Assembly: GCA_026770705.1 (NCBI GenBank)
Contig: JANJGN010000039.1
Coordinates: 6,138,001 to 6,202,000 of the forward strand
DNA from: Isurus oxyrinchus
Lineage: Eukaryota
Length of the DNA stretch: 64,000 nt
Direction: 5' to 3'
The notes under the pieces are model-generated. The model was not told the origin of the DNA and searched no databases. It saw only the letters and a program-made list of their open reading frames with translations. A program made the position numbers and the translations under genes. Below are positions 37,480-51,016 of this stretch, piece after piece; within the stretch, counting starts at the first letter, position 1, and every line of letters begins with the position of its first letter.

Positions 37480-39500
37480 ACACGTTGACATTTACCTCAT
37501 TTAGCGGAATGTTTTTGCCACACAACGCGATGGAGGGAATCCCCAAGTGAAGGCGGATTTTGTGTGCTCAGGGACTGTGTGAGGGTCAATACTATCAATA
37601 CTGCCATGAGCATATCCACGTGGGTAGGTTATTGGGGCGAGTTCAGTTTTGTGTTTCCATCTTGTTAATTTCCTGACCACATGCAAAAGACCCAGTCTAG
37701 CAGTTTTCTTTATTACGTGGCCAGCTCGGCCATTAGTAGTGCTAGAGATTCTCTCTTGATCATAGACACGGAAGCCCCCTACGTGGAGTATATTTTTTAT
37801 TGGCATCCCAAAATCTTCCTCCATTGATGATCACTCATTCATCATCTGAGACGACCGATAGGGCTTAATTAGCAGTGGACTTTCCTTGCCCAAGTAATAC
37901 CTGATCCCATGAGATTTCATTGAATTTCCAATTACTTTTAAGGCTGTTTCAGATGCGTCACATTGAACATAAAAGTTTTGCACCGATGGCATTTAAGAAA
38001 GCAACAAAAAATGAGCGATGGCTCGAAATGTGATTGGGAATTAAGTTTTTAGATAGGGCTATTTAACTGAGAGGTTGGCTTATGATTGGGATGAGCTTTG
38101 AAAGCAATAAGAACTATTAATCTACAAAAGATAAACTGCTTGAATCGTTATGGTAGTGGAACTGCTGTCAATCAAGCAGGGTGCTTTGTCCTAGATTAAT
38201 TCAATATTCTTGAATGTTATTGGGACGTAACTCAACCAGACAAGTGTAGTATTTTCCAATCACACTCTTGATTTGCGCCTTGTAGAAGAGAGACGGGCTA
38301 AATGACAAGGGTGTTTGATGGATAATTATTTACTGTCGATGATCATTGACTGTCGCCGGTGTGTGCCGAATATAACTTGTTGGTTTTCAGCAGAGTTCTG
38401 GGTGTTGCCCAGGTCCTGTTAGTTACACATAGGCAAAGATTTCTTCAGCATCTGTTGAGTTGCAACTTTTGCTTAAGTTTTCGCAAATATGAGTGGATGC
38501 TATCTCCACCCCCCGCTCCCCAAACCCAAACCTTTTCTGAGCACATGATGGAGAGAGATTCATTGATGAAGTGGATTAAGATGGTTGCGCCCGGACTATG
38601 ACCTCAGCATCTCCTGCAGTGATATCAAGAGGCTGAGGTGGGTGACTTGCAAAAATAAAAATTCCTTTGTGCTCTGCATACTACAATTAGTAGAAACTCC
38701 CCCCACCCCCTTACATGTATTGACTCAAATTTCGCTTCCGATCCCTGCTACCATAAAATGACAAATGTTGTATTGATATGAAGCACAGTCGCTCTCGCAT
38801 CACATCATGAGTTCAGCACCAATGTCCATGTCTGTATCAAATCTGATCGAAGAGCTGGAGCTCAGAGACAACATATTATGAGCGTCAATGAACAGTTTAT
38901 GTCTTTTCGCGTAAAGGCCGGTATTTTAGCTGTACTATTACAACGTGGCGTGGAAGGATTTTTCAGGGACACTGATCTCCAATCCAATTGGTGAAATCTG
39001 ACAGGACCCATATCCTCTCCTTCATCCAGCCCCTTCAGTTGTTTCTTCATATCACGCTATGTGAATCACATAGGCTGAGGACTGGCCCCTGTGATGATGC
39101 CATCTTCAGAATGAGGACGGAATGACCCATCAACTCCTCACTTCATCCTGAATGTGGCTACAAATTCTTTAGCCATTTTTTAGCACTGATGTGCTGAGCT
39201 CCACAATCATTGCCGATGAGGATATGGGTGGAGTGTCCTCTGCAAGTGAGTTTTTTGAAATATGCAACAACATTTAAGACAGCATGTGACAGGAATTGAC
39301 GGCTGATATTTTCTTATTTGTTTGTGGGACCAATTAGCACTTTCTGTTTTGCGCTGCTTCCGCTGTTTTTGGCAAGCAAGTAGACTTACCTTGCAGATTC
39401 ATCAGGTTGAAACCTCGTTATTATCTGGGAATGGTGCCGCTCCAGACATATTACGTATGTCGGCAAATATCCTTCTCCAGTATCCTCGAACACTTGACTT
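37480..39500 (-). mobile_element. CR1-type LINE fragments (endonuclease to RT)
   Basis: Minus-strand MKKQLKGLDEGEDMGP near 39000 and EEDFGMPIKNILHVGGF near 37800. Homologous to 7950-8470. Confidence 0.55.
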
Positions 39501-42500
39501 CGAACACCTGGAAGGGCAAGAACATAGGGACAATATAAATTTCACATTCCTTTCCAAGTCACAAACCAAAATGACAAGGAATATTTCACCGTTAATTGAG
39601 TGACATTGCATCAAAAACCTGGAACTCATTCTTCGAGCACTGTGTGTCGATTTGCCTTACTTCAGCTGCAACACTATAAAACCATTCCCTTCAAGAATAA
39701 ATAGAGAAAACGGAATAAAGACTGATCTTGTCAATATATCGCAAGCAGAGGAAGTGCCACATCATGCTGAATCTATGAATAATGCGTCTTTCTGCATTGA
39801 AATGATGAACCTAGCTGACTCCTTTGTTCCGAATAGATTGAGACTAATCTCACATGCTTAAGTTATTTTAAGTAGTATCCAGTACCCTGGTCGCGAACTG
39901 AGAACATACACCTTCAAGTCACTCTTGAATATCCAAGTTTGTACACAAAAGGCTTGGCTGAAAATTTTGCCCACAAACAACCGCGCCAAACATCTTGCAA
40001 CACCCCCTCCACACCCTTGACCCCCAACCCCTACCGCCTTTCTATTCACAGCATTGAACCCGTCCCCATCAGGTCAAGGATTGCACTTCCGATTGGCTGC
40101 CGACACAGTTTTGAATCTCCCATTGCCTCCTGCCCGTTGTCATGGTCACATTGCTGTTAAACTGATGTCGGATTTCGGCTCGTGGACAAAATCCCATCCC
40201 TCTCTGTTTGATCAGTCTAGGATCATGGGCCAAAGAGGATCATGAGCCAAAGTGCACTGTACCTGGTCTCAGTTTATTTTCCCAACTGCAAATTTTTAAC
40301 GTGTCAGGAAGAGATCGTTGTTGTTTAAAATAATGGATAATTACACAGCATGTACATATTTTAATTTCTCTATTTAATTTAGCAGGAAAGCGTCTGGATT
40401 TGTTTTCATTGTATTCTTAATTTGATAGATACACTAATGGACCATCGTTTGCATTGTTCAATATTTCTTTCAGCTGATAATTTACCGATTCATTTTTTGG
40501 GTATTTCAACGTTTAATTCGGAAATATAACAGAAAATATGTTGTTAATTTATTGATTTATTTTATATAATTAGTCTTTTCAAACTTCGGCTGCATCAACA
40601 TGTAACTGTGAAAAATATTGTTTTTTAACGAGTTTCCCTATTGGCAGAGATGGCCAAGACAGTTTGAGTGCTGATATTTTTGTTAAATTTTTGCATATTT
40701 CATGAAAGCGAATTGATAGTATGGAAATGACAAATTAAATCTCAGTGTAAATGCATCATGTTGTAGGGATGTAAATAGTGGGTTTGCTCAGCTAACACCT
40801 GGATAGTAAAAGGGCAAATGAAGGCCGACTTTCATTTCTGTCGGACTTTGGTTCTTTCTTATGGATTTTGATTTTCTAATACATGCATCATTTCCAGTGC
40901 AGCCTAAGGGTCATCAGACAATCCCTACTCAGTTTATGCACATTATGTGACCCTGTAAGGTTGTTATGATTGGTCTGATGGGATCTGCCACAGCCAATCA
41001 ATATTGGATGCTTGCAATCGCTATTCAAAATTGTGAATGAGAGTTAGCTTATTAACTCACAAGCTGATCCAGAAATGTAAACCGTTCTTTATCCTTATTC
41101 GAATAATTCTTCTTAATGTTTTCAAAGTTCGTCAAAATCGTTAATCAACAACTTGCCTAAATAATCAGATTCAAATTATTGATTCACCATCCAATCAACA
41201 TACAATGCCACATTGCATTGTTGTTTTCCTAAGTTCCAGTGTGCAACGCCTATGCATCAGTGTGCAGCATTTCCTATAACCTTAAAACAACTTCATACTT
41301 CAATGAAAGCTCGATTGTGAAAATGTGAATTTTCCATTTCTAATCTGTTCCTCTCGAGCCTCACTGGAGATTTCAGTCGGAAAGCTGTTCTGAACCCTTA
41401 CCTGATCCATGGTAGGCTATTGCAACCGGGACTACACACACAATGGAATTTAAGGATATGCATTTAGTCTAGTGTTATGTAATTAATTTTGAAATGCACA
41501 AAATGATTTGATAAACGTTTGAATTAAGAAGTTGCATTTCTGGCTGCATCCAATTTGTCCCTTCAGATTCACTGAGTAATGCTACCCCTCGAAATGCAAA
41601 CGGAGGTTATTTAAGTAAGCAACATGACTTATATGATGCAGCCAGGATCATGCAAGGATCAGAACAATTTCGCTTCATTTTTACTGATGAGTGAATATCA
41701 TCAGTCTTTAATTGAATGCTCTTACTGTAAACTTCCGCATAATAACAAAGCATTGAATGAATTCACTAAAAAGTTCCTGCTTTTTGAAAGAAAATTAAAT
41801 ATGGATCTACCAAACAATTCTAAAATGCACTGGTATTCTGTTCCCGACAAATGTAAAATGAAATTAGAATAAAAATCATTACTTTAGAAATGGATTTGTT
41901 CTCTATCATCAGGTAATCAACAAATCGCAAACTAATTTTTCCAATCATGTTTTAGCTATTTCAAATACTTTACCAACACAAGTCGATGTGCAAATCATGG
42001 TCAATTTCTCTCTGGGTTTTCTACATTTGGTGTCCAGCAGGAATCAGTGTTCAATTTTTCATTTCTAAACGTTTCACAAGGATGCAGCTTCTGAGATGAA
42101 AATGATTCTTTTCTGCCCTTTCAGAAACAAATATTTTGTACTTCACCCGGTCAAAAAAGGGACCTCTCTCCTGTGCCCTGAGTTGGAAAACGCTGAGTTA
42201 AATCGCAGCCGAATAATTTTTCTGAATTGCTCATTCACCATGTTTTGGTTATCGATCTAATTCCCATTCCCCCTGCATTTTACCATATCTATTCAATGTG
42301 CTTGAAAACTGGCCTGCCTAGAAAAAAACATGGCCATGCACAAAACTAACTCTGCCCTGAAACTGCCAATAAATATTCCCCGACCAATATAATCAGTCTG
42401 CCTGACAATATCGCTTTTCTCCCATTTGGAGATTAAACTGCCCCTTGATCAGCACTGACTAAACCAGACTTCCCACCCTGCATAGTACATGTTGCTTCAG

Positions 42501-43377
42501 TCCTTCTGCAATGAATCAGCGAAAGATACTTTCTGAACTTTTCCTCGACAATGCTCACCTTGCCTATCAATGTCACATTACTCATCGTGCCTTAAAACTA
42601 CTGACTGGTCTGTCATGAACCCCTACTTCACACCGCTAGTCTCCATAAACATACTTCCTTACTTGTATTGTCGTTGAACGCCAGCATGAGGGCGCCTGAG
42701 TAAACATTCATTCAGCCTCTTCTATGTGGGACTTTTTTGTAGTCCAGTGACCATTATAACATTTCCTGTTTATTGCAATTCCACCTATACCATCCCAACT
42801 GCCCAGACCTGCCCAGGGCTACGTTTTTTCTTCAAGCTGTCTCTCCTGTTGCACAATGAAACATCCCACCACTTACTGAATCTATTAAATACCCGGCACA
42901 CTTTCCACCACTACATCTTACAGAACAGAACTCTACTATGCTAAATCTTTATTTTGTGCCCGCATTTCACAGTCCACATTGCACCTTCACACGTGAATTC
43001 GCTCGTTCCACCTCCTTTTTCTCACTTAAAATTTAACAAGCCGAGGCTTTTTTGGACCTTCAGTCAGTCCAGTACACATTCACCCTCAGCGCGCTGAATC
43101 TTCAGTGCACAATAGCTGTTCAGAATTCATTGAGGGTGCTGCTCCCTAAGGATGAATAATCAATTAACGCTTAACCATCCTGCGCACTTTCACTACGTTC
43201 AATGCATATATAAAACACGTTGCTATTGGAAATCATGCTAAACATGATTGCATTAAACAATTTAAAAGATGCATGAAGAAACTAAATTTGCAATGAATAC
43301 CGTTTGCTGCAAACAAAAGAAAAATATGTTCATCTTTGTTGTTTATCTCATGTTATGTGTCTCTCTCTCTCTTACAG

Positions 43378-43480
43378 TGAATGGCTTTGCAATTGTGAAT
43401 CTTTTGCGAGGAAAGCATGGTCTCTGCAAATGCATTACATACTATATGATGGCAATGGCAGCGGCTGGTCTCCTTATTGA
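43378..43480 (+). pseudogene. GPR139-like GPCR pseudogene (start of exon 2, TM1-TM2), truncated
   Basis: Strong acceptor CTCTCTCTCTCTTACAG|TG in phase 1, reading (V)NGFAIVNLLRGKHGLCKCITYYMMAMAAAGLLI. Similarity is lost after TM2, the frame stops at 43559, and a gypsy element follows. Confidence 0.8.
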
Positions 43481-43699
43481 TTGTGCTGTTATCACAATGA
43501 CCTGTTTAATTCTGGTCATTGAGGCCTGTGTGCCAGCTAGCTGCGACAATGCTTTATGAGTCACATCAGCCTCTTCTGGTTAACATTGATATCGCCCTTA
43601 TGGTCACTGCGTTCTGTAATACACTCTGTCTATGCTTCGTGGTAAGTTCTCTAATATAACTGTTTTATGTGTGGCTCTTTTTTCCTGTTACTCTACCAA

Positions 43700-46200
43700 C
43701 TACCTTAATCTATACGTCTCAGGTTCATTATCTTCAATTCTTTCTTTCTAAACAATGTTATCAAATACATTGTTAGAGAATTGAATTTCAACACATTCTC
43801 CCTGACCTTTAGATTCCTGTTCTTCATGTTTCAACCTGTGAGCTTGTGATCTTGTTCCAATGCAATCGGGAAGGAACCTAGGATGCTCTTTCTGCAAAAC
43901 ATAGGTTGAAAATAACTCTACATATGCTCAACTACAATAGATATCAGCCACATCTGTGATCCAGGAATTACATTACCTAAAACAAATTGTATCAATGTAA
44001 TGGGCAATTTGCCACTCCTCAGACAAACAGCTGACCTGTTTTCCACCTACTGTTAACATGTACCTTCCACAATGAACTAGGCTTAGCATCTCGATGATTC
44101 CCAATTATTATCACCTGTTCTGGCAATACATCCTCTGAGCAACAAATATCACTCTCCGGCAACATTAAGGATTGTCTCGCCCATGTATTTCTTTAAATTC
44201 TAATATATTTTCCTGCTCTGCCCTATACACAGTGAAAGATCTCCGCATCATGTACAAAATGTTTATACATTTCCACAACCTGCTCCCCAGAACACGCTTG
44301 GGTTATGAACACATTCAAGTCATTCTTGACATATCATTGATTCTTCCTTTCTTTACCGCTAAACGAAACATTTCTTTTTCCTCTGCCTGAAGCTCAGAAG
44401 CCACAATAATTTTATACCCAGAAATTTGCTGCATCTGATTAATTCCCTGAATTTTCCCTGAGATTTCCAACACACTGAGTTCTTGTGCCCAACTTTATCA
44501 CTTTGAAAACACTTCAAATTTGGATTGTCTCTTCAGTCCTTAGCACCGTCCAATTTACTTTTTGAAAAATAAATTGTTGCTTGGATATTGCACCTGCTCC
44601 TTCCCTCCCCTTATTACACACAGTACTTTCAGTTTCCTATTTTGTATACCTCACTTATTTAAAAGGGTGACGAAAAGAAACGAATAGATGTAGGAGATAA
44701 CTTCTAATGGTCAGCTATTTCTGTGGCATGTCTTACCGTTTTAACCCTCTGTCCCTCCACATGAGATCTCACTACCGAAGGAAGTGAATCTTTTAGTTAA
44801 TCTAAAACTACTCCTTCTCGGAAGCACCATATGTTGTCTCTATATTTAATGCTTGGATTTATCAATCGAAATTATTGTGTTTAACTCTTGCAAACTCAGT
44901 TTACATTTGCCCAGGCTCCTTTCTTGTACTCCTAAATTTCTTGATGTCTGCCTCAAGATCCAACTCATATGCACTCAAATATGTATCTTATCACTTCAGA
45001 ATACATTGAGCTTTCTTCTGACAGTGAAGCGTAACTATAATGAGCTCCACTCAATAACGTATACCTTAACAACAATGTCAGGTTTACTTCTGGTGAGTTA
45101 ATCTCTTTATTATCTCCTCAAATGTAACAGAGTGCGCCTGGACGTCTCTCCCTCATCAATCTTGGAAAAGATTGAACAAATTTAGATAGCTCCCCAGCAG
45201 GATATACGTTTTTCAAAATCAGAAGTTACATCAACATCATATGTCTCTTTTTAAAAACTCTAACGTATTAAAATCAGAACTCTCTATCTCTTTCCTTGAA
45301 TCTCTCCTCAATTGTTAACGTTTTCTTCTGGAGATCAAGTTTTTATATTTCCAAAATTTTTTGATATAATCTCTTTTGTTTTTCTTTTGCATCCAATTCA
45401 AGTTTTTTCAGTTACTTTGCTTATTGAAATTCAAGCCTCCTCAATTCCAACTGGAGTTTCACTACCTCCAGCTTTGACACATTAGTTTCAGTTTTTACTT
45501 CCAACATAAAATGTTGTGCTATCAGTTCAACTATATCTGCTTTCTTTTCTCCCACATTTAGCCTCAACTGCAACTTAACCAACAGACCTGTTGCTTACCC
45601 TTAGATTCTTTTGCTGTAACCAAATGGGAGTTATTAATGCTATTTCCAGTAACGATTTAGCCATTGATAAGGGCATCTTGCTGTCTCCCAACTTTAACAA
45701 TACCTCAAGCCAACTCCTGAATTCAAAGCGCTTCTCGTACCTCCAACCTTAATGTTCAGCTTTTCCAAGCCACTCAAATATTTTCAAATATACAGCAATT
45801 ACTCCTCATTTTTTATGATGCGACAATGATGTGGGCTAGGTGGATGAAACAGACAAAAAAAACTTGTTCAAGCAGTCACAACGATTTGGCAATATGTATT
45901 TATTTCGAGATGCATGCCCTAAATTGAGGGGTTATAAGCCCATAAATTTTTCGGTAAACTAAATTAAGCATGCAATAACAACAGTTAGGATCAAAAGCAA
46001 ATGCATAGGTCTACAAATTAACACACTAATAAATCCTAAAACGCCTAATTAATTTGGCTTCCATTTACACCCTCGTTAAGGCAACAGTAAAACAAGAAAC
46101 ACATCCCGCCTAGTCACACATCACCCTGGACAGAATAATTCAAAGTGGCGTTTTTCACATAAAATAATATCACGAGAAATATTAGATATTCGGTAAAATA
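43700..46200 (-). mobile_element. Gypsy-type LTR retrotransposon 5' part (LTR, gag, protease), degraded
   Basis: Minus-strand gag start MPLSMAKSLL...LQLRLNVGEKKADIVELIAQHF near 45500-45680, then a protease-region remnant near 43870-44190 related to 59700-59900. Confidence 0.65.
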
Positions 46201-46829
46201 TGGTTTAAATGGATTTCTAAAATACATAACATCAAGCCCTCAAGGAGGATATTGTTTTCATTACTGGACACAACAATTTTACAATAATTTGAAAGCATTT
46301 GGACAGTTGCAGAATAATTTCACCACTATCGCTCTGAGGAAGAGAATTATAAATTACTTAGCAAGATCGTAGCAGTTGAAGAGGGAAAGGTTCAACATGG
46401 CTCGGTAGGGAGAGAGTTAATAAACCTCATGGCGGTTTGAGTTTATTGTAAACAGGGCCAAGTGAACTGGTTTGTAAATGCTCAAAAGGAATCGGCAGGT
46501 TTGTAGCCCAGGGGCCGCTGACAGTTCAATAATCCTTGGGGAATGAAATGATGCTCCCTGATTGGGTGAGGTAGGTGTTGATCACCGGGCGGATTTCTCT
46601 GATTATGTCAGGCGAATGTCAACGAAATACCAAATAGGCTGAGTGAATCGTGGTTCACCTGGTCAATCATTCCGATTGGATGAGGTGGCTTTCAACAATG
46701 GGGTGCGTGAATTAATAGAGTGGTTGTTGTGATGGTGGTTTGGGGTAATGTTTGTGAGTCCCTGGGTGAAGCTCCGGCTTGACTGTGCTACCTGTAAGAC
46801 AGCAGGTGGAGCTCCCGGATTGGCTGAGT

Positions 46830-47040
46830 CTCTGAAAAATATGTAGAACCGATACTTCACGACAGTCTTTAACTGCTGTCTGATCATGGACTGACTCACC
46901 CCATAAATTAACATCTTTGTGCAGTAACTTTAATTCATCAGCATAAACTTGGCACGTTAACATATATAGTCAGGAAATCTATAGTATACTAATTCACTAA
47001 TTTTAACATATACGAATGTTTAAGATTCCCCGACCAGGAA
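46830..47040 (-). pseudogene. GPR139-like GPCR pseudogene (TM7 and helix 8)
   Basis: Minus strand FMLMN*SYCTKMLIYGVSQSMIRQQLKTVVKYRF aligns with FMLQLLSCCTNTWIYAVTQTRFREQLWKMLKYPF of the intact gene. There is a TAA at 46930-46932, and upstream similarity ends at the 50-bp array. Confidence 0.8.
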
Positions 47041-47462
47041 TGTGATTTTGTGCTGGTTAGAATACATTCATACAGGGTGTTGATAATTGAGTGGATTTAG
47101 TGCTGGGTAACATATATTCAGCAGAGTGTTTGATAAGTGAGTGGGCTTACTGCTGGTTAAAATCAATTGAGCAGAGTATCGATAAGTGAATGGGATTTAG
47201 AACTGGTTAAAATACATTCAACAGAGTGTTGATAAGTGAATGGGATTTAGAGCTGTTTAAAATACATTCAACAGAGTGTTGATAAGTGAGTAGATTTAGT
47301 GCTGCTGAAAATACATTCAGCAGATCATTGAGAAGTGAATGAGATTTAGTGCTGTTTAAAATACATTCAGCAGAGTGTTGATAAGTGTGTACTGGTTAAA
47401 ATACATTCAGCAGATTGGTGCTAAGTGAATGGGATTTTTTACTGTTTAAAATACATTCAGCT
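47041..47462. repeat. 50-bp tandem minisatellite (~8 copies)
   Basis: Unit GTGTTGATAAGTGAATGGGATTTAGWGCTGKTTAAAATACATTCARCAGA. ACAGAGTGTT recurs at 47221 and 47271. Confidence 0.92.
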
Positions 47463-49019
47463 GCCATTTCCATGTCCCCCATTCTTAATGCGCAAATCTC
47501 ATCCACGATGTGACTAACATTTAGTTCCTCTTTTGTTTCATGTGTGTTTGAAGGCTCTTTTAATGTATGTTGCCACATTTCTTGCCAGGCATGCGCTAAT
47601 GTCTCCAACCGAATTTTCTTTGGAAACTGTTTTGCATGTGCCTACATTTTCTCAGTCTTCTGGCCGAATGCTAATCTTGGCTTAATTGTGCACCGTTCCT
47701 TTCCAGGTATAAAACCCGTGCCTTTCTGAGTTAGCCACGGGGACATCACCCTTAATTTAGTTGATGACCATTCCTAGAATAAACTACTTTTTAATTATGG
47801 CGTGTGTGAATGGCCCCCACTCTCTCAGACTTTGCCTATACTCTCAAAGATTTGCAAACCGTTTAATCCTTAAAACCAACTTACTAATTTTCCACACACA
47901 TCTCAATAATTTAGTCACCATCTCACTGAGCGTCATCAACAATCTTTGATATAAAGTTCCATGTTGCTGCATCAGGGTTTTATGTGCATTTTAGTGAACT
48001 GGCAGCTGAGGCTGCAGAACAGATCCTGGGTTGACACAATCACTCATGTTTGTTGGATTGGAGGACACCACCTTTTTCTGAATGTCTGCCTCCCACATTT
48101 TAATTTCTTTCATATCCTGGCCATTAGGGCGCTCCCAATTCCATTCAACCCTAACATGTACCTCCTTTATCAGGGAAGAATCGATATGAATTAGCAGCCG
48201 ATCACGGCACAAGAATACATAAAGGTCCATTTATTTTTAATGCTTGAAATGATTTAAAGAAAAGGACGGCAACCACCCTCGGATATTCCTCATCGGGAAA
48301 CTAGAGTCGATTTGAAAGGACAGACAGTCACCACTCCCTGCATCATGACAGAGAAAACCATTCATATCTGATTTTACAGGGATAATCCACGGCTGCCCTC
48401 TCCAGAAATCCTCACAAAAGTCACCACTGGGACACTAAGGATGACCAGAAAGCGGCACAGAGGACGGCAGCAGCGCGAAAATAATGCGCCCCCTCCCCTC
48501 CCCGGTCACTAAAAGCTGGTTAGCCTGTGATGGTCATTATCGAAGGCCAGTGAAACGCTACCAGGAGACATCATATATGGGATTAGCTCACTTGATGTTC
48601 AAATGGGGGCAGACTGTATTTGAATGTAAGAGTGATAAATAGTCTGATTTCGTGTCGTTATTCTCCAACAATGTTATTGTGAAAAAGGGTCCTAGACTGA
48701 CTGAGAGCAGGGATCGAGTCCAACCCGCCTGACAGCAAACCCTCAGGTCGAATGTTGCTTTCCAATTTTAGCAGATGGCTCTCTGATCGAGCAGAATGAT
48801 ATGTTCAACATCCCAATAGCAGCACGGGGTCACGGCTTCGTTTACCTTTCACTGCAGTGAGTCTAGTGACTCCTCCTAAGGCACTTCCAGACAGGTTACC
48901 CTTCTGACATTGCATGTTTCCTGGCAGATTACCTTAACTGGGTGATGGATCTTTTGAGAAACTATTGTTATGTGGAATACTGTAACTCTATTGCATTCCA
49001 ATACAGCACTGACGGATTT

Positions 49020-49230
49020 CTGCACTGATGGACTGTCAGTACTGAATTGTACTGCAATATCTGTGCTTCAGTACTGAGGAGTTGCTGCACCGCCAGAGAG
49101 TCAGTACTGAGAGAGCAGGACACCGTCAGAAGCATCAATGCTGGAGCAGAGATGAATTACAGGATGGTCGGTACAGCTCAAGTGCTGCATTGTCGAAAGA
49201 TCAGTACTGGAAGTGTGCTGTACGTTGAAG
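49020..49230 (+). repeat. Decayed ~30-bp repeats (CAGTACTGAGGGAGTGCTGCAC type, SINE-derived)
   Basis: Recurrent TCAGTACTG...GCTGCAC motifs at about 49036, 49068, 49101 and 49201. Confidence 0.55.
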
Positions 49231-49479
49231 ACAGGGATAGAGTGAGACAAATGCAGAGGGAGAGAGAATGAAAGACAGAGATTTTGAGAAAAAAAAACAA
49301 AAACAAAAATAGAGGTAACAGGAAGGCGAGATGAAGAGAGAGGGTGAGAGAAAGAGGTGGACAGCACTGATGGAGCGCTGCACTATCGGTGGGTCAGTAC
49401 GAAATCATGCTTTTCTGTCAAATTTCAAAACCGAGGGGGTGCTGCACACTTGTAAGGGCAGCGCTGAGGGATCATTTCT

Positions 49480-49950
49480 GTTTATTTGTCTCTCCGTCTC
49501 TCCCTCTCTTGCTCTTCCTCTCACCTTCCTGTTATCTCTCATTTTGTTTTTGTTTCTTTCTCAACATCGGTCTGTCTGTCTCTCACTCATTCTTTGTCCT
49601 TCTCTCAGTCAATCCCTCTCTTAACTCCTTTTCACGTCCTCTGCCCTGTCACTCAATGTCGCCCTCTCTCCCTCTCTTATTGTACGTCTCTCCCTTTCTC
49701 ACTGTTGTTCTCTTCCAGCCTCTAGTTCTCTCTTTATCACTTTCTCGCTCTCTGTCTTTCTGCCGCTCTCCAGCCCAGCATGTTCACCTCTCACTATGCC
49801 TCCACCTCTCTCTCTATCAGCCTTTTCCTCTGCCCCCACTCACACTCTTTCTATCTATTTTTCAACCTGTCTTTGTCTTTCTCTGTCTGTTAAGCAACCT
49901 GCGTCTTTCTCTCCTTCTCTCTCTATATCAATCTGCATCTCTTTTAGGGA
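49480..49950. repeat. CT-rich low-complexity tract
   Basis: TCTCTC-rich sequence. It gives the spurious L/S-rich ORF 49389-50033. Confidence 0.9.
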
Positions 49951-51016
49951 GATCGAGGTCCAGTTGTGCCATCTTGCCCAACACACACACCTCAAATCCC
50001 CTGCAACACCGCCCCCTTTCTGCGCTGAATTGATACCCACTTCCGTTATAAACACAAGCATTCAATCGGAGCTGGCATGCTGCCCATGCACTGATTTCCA
50101 CTGATACCTCACTTTCACTTTGTTATCTTACTTGCGTTGTTGGTTACCCTAAGTCTACGCTGTGACCACATCTCCTCTGACGAGAGCGCACCACGCTGCA
50201 CTCTGACATGCCATTTCGGCTTCCAATCACGTGTTGGAAGGAGGACTCATGTCCAATCACTGAGAAGCAGCGGGCGGTTCCACCGGCGATTTTGGAAGTA
50301 GGCGTCAGTGGCTTAGTTCTCTGCTCAATCAGTGCGAGAGAGAAGTATAATGGCCATGTTTCGTCGGCAATGGAAGTGTGGAAATGGCTTGAGATGTGTT
50401 TCCTTGTTTCCTGCCTTACCGTGTGAGGCTTGGGGACGATGGGTTTGCATTCGTCCAATGGGATGGGAGAAGTAGGTCAGTGGTGAACATTCAGGGCCTC
50501 CCCTCGCCCCCGCACACCCCACCCTCCCACCACCATCTCCCACACCCCCGCTGCTGTAAATAAGATAAAATGATTTAATTCTGGAAAATCATGGTTTCTT
50601 TGTTCGCACAGTGAGAGACATTTTCCTCCATTCAAACTGAGCAATGAACTGATAAAATATTGGAAGCGCTGAGTGATTCTGTTCCTTTGATAAGGACACC
50701 TTGAACGCACAAGACAACACCATCCTACCCCCATTCCCCCGTGCCAGCTGGCAATGTTAAATTCAAGGAGAGAATTCATGAAACTCCTAGTAATTCAATT
50801 CTTCCAGATAGTAAACCCACTTCCACCTCACAAAAATCCCCACCCCATCTCCCAGCCACATCTGCTGAAAACGTTAAGTTAAATGTTAACATTCAGCAAG
50901 TTCGCATTGATTCTTTCTGACCAGTGACAGACCCATAGCCCCTGCTGAAAATGTGAAATAATGTCCTATAAATGTCAGATATTCAGCTGTTCTAATCATT
51001 GAAATAAGTAAAGAAT

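Noticed and set aside
46712-46963. YADE in the ORF as a reverse-transcriptase YADD motif
   Set aside because: A different minus frame gives a much better match to GPCR TM7/helix 8, and no other RT motifs are present.
49389-50033. 214-aa Leu/Ser-rich ORF that looks like a membrane protein
   Set aside because: It comes from a CT-rich low-complexity tract.
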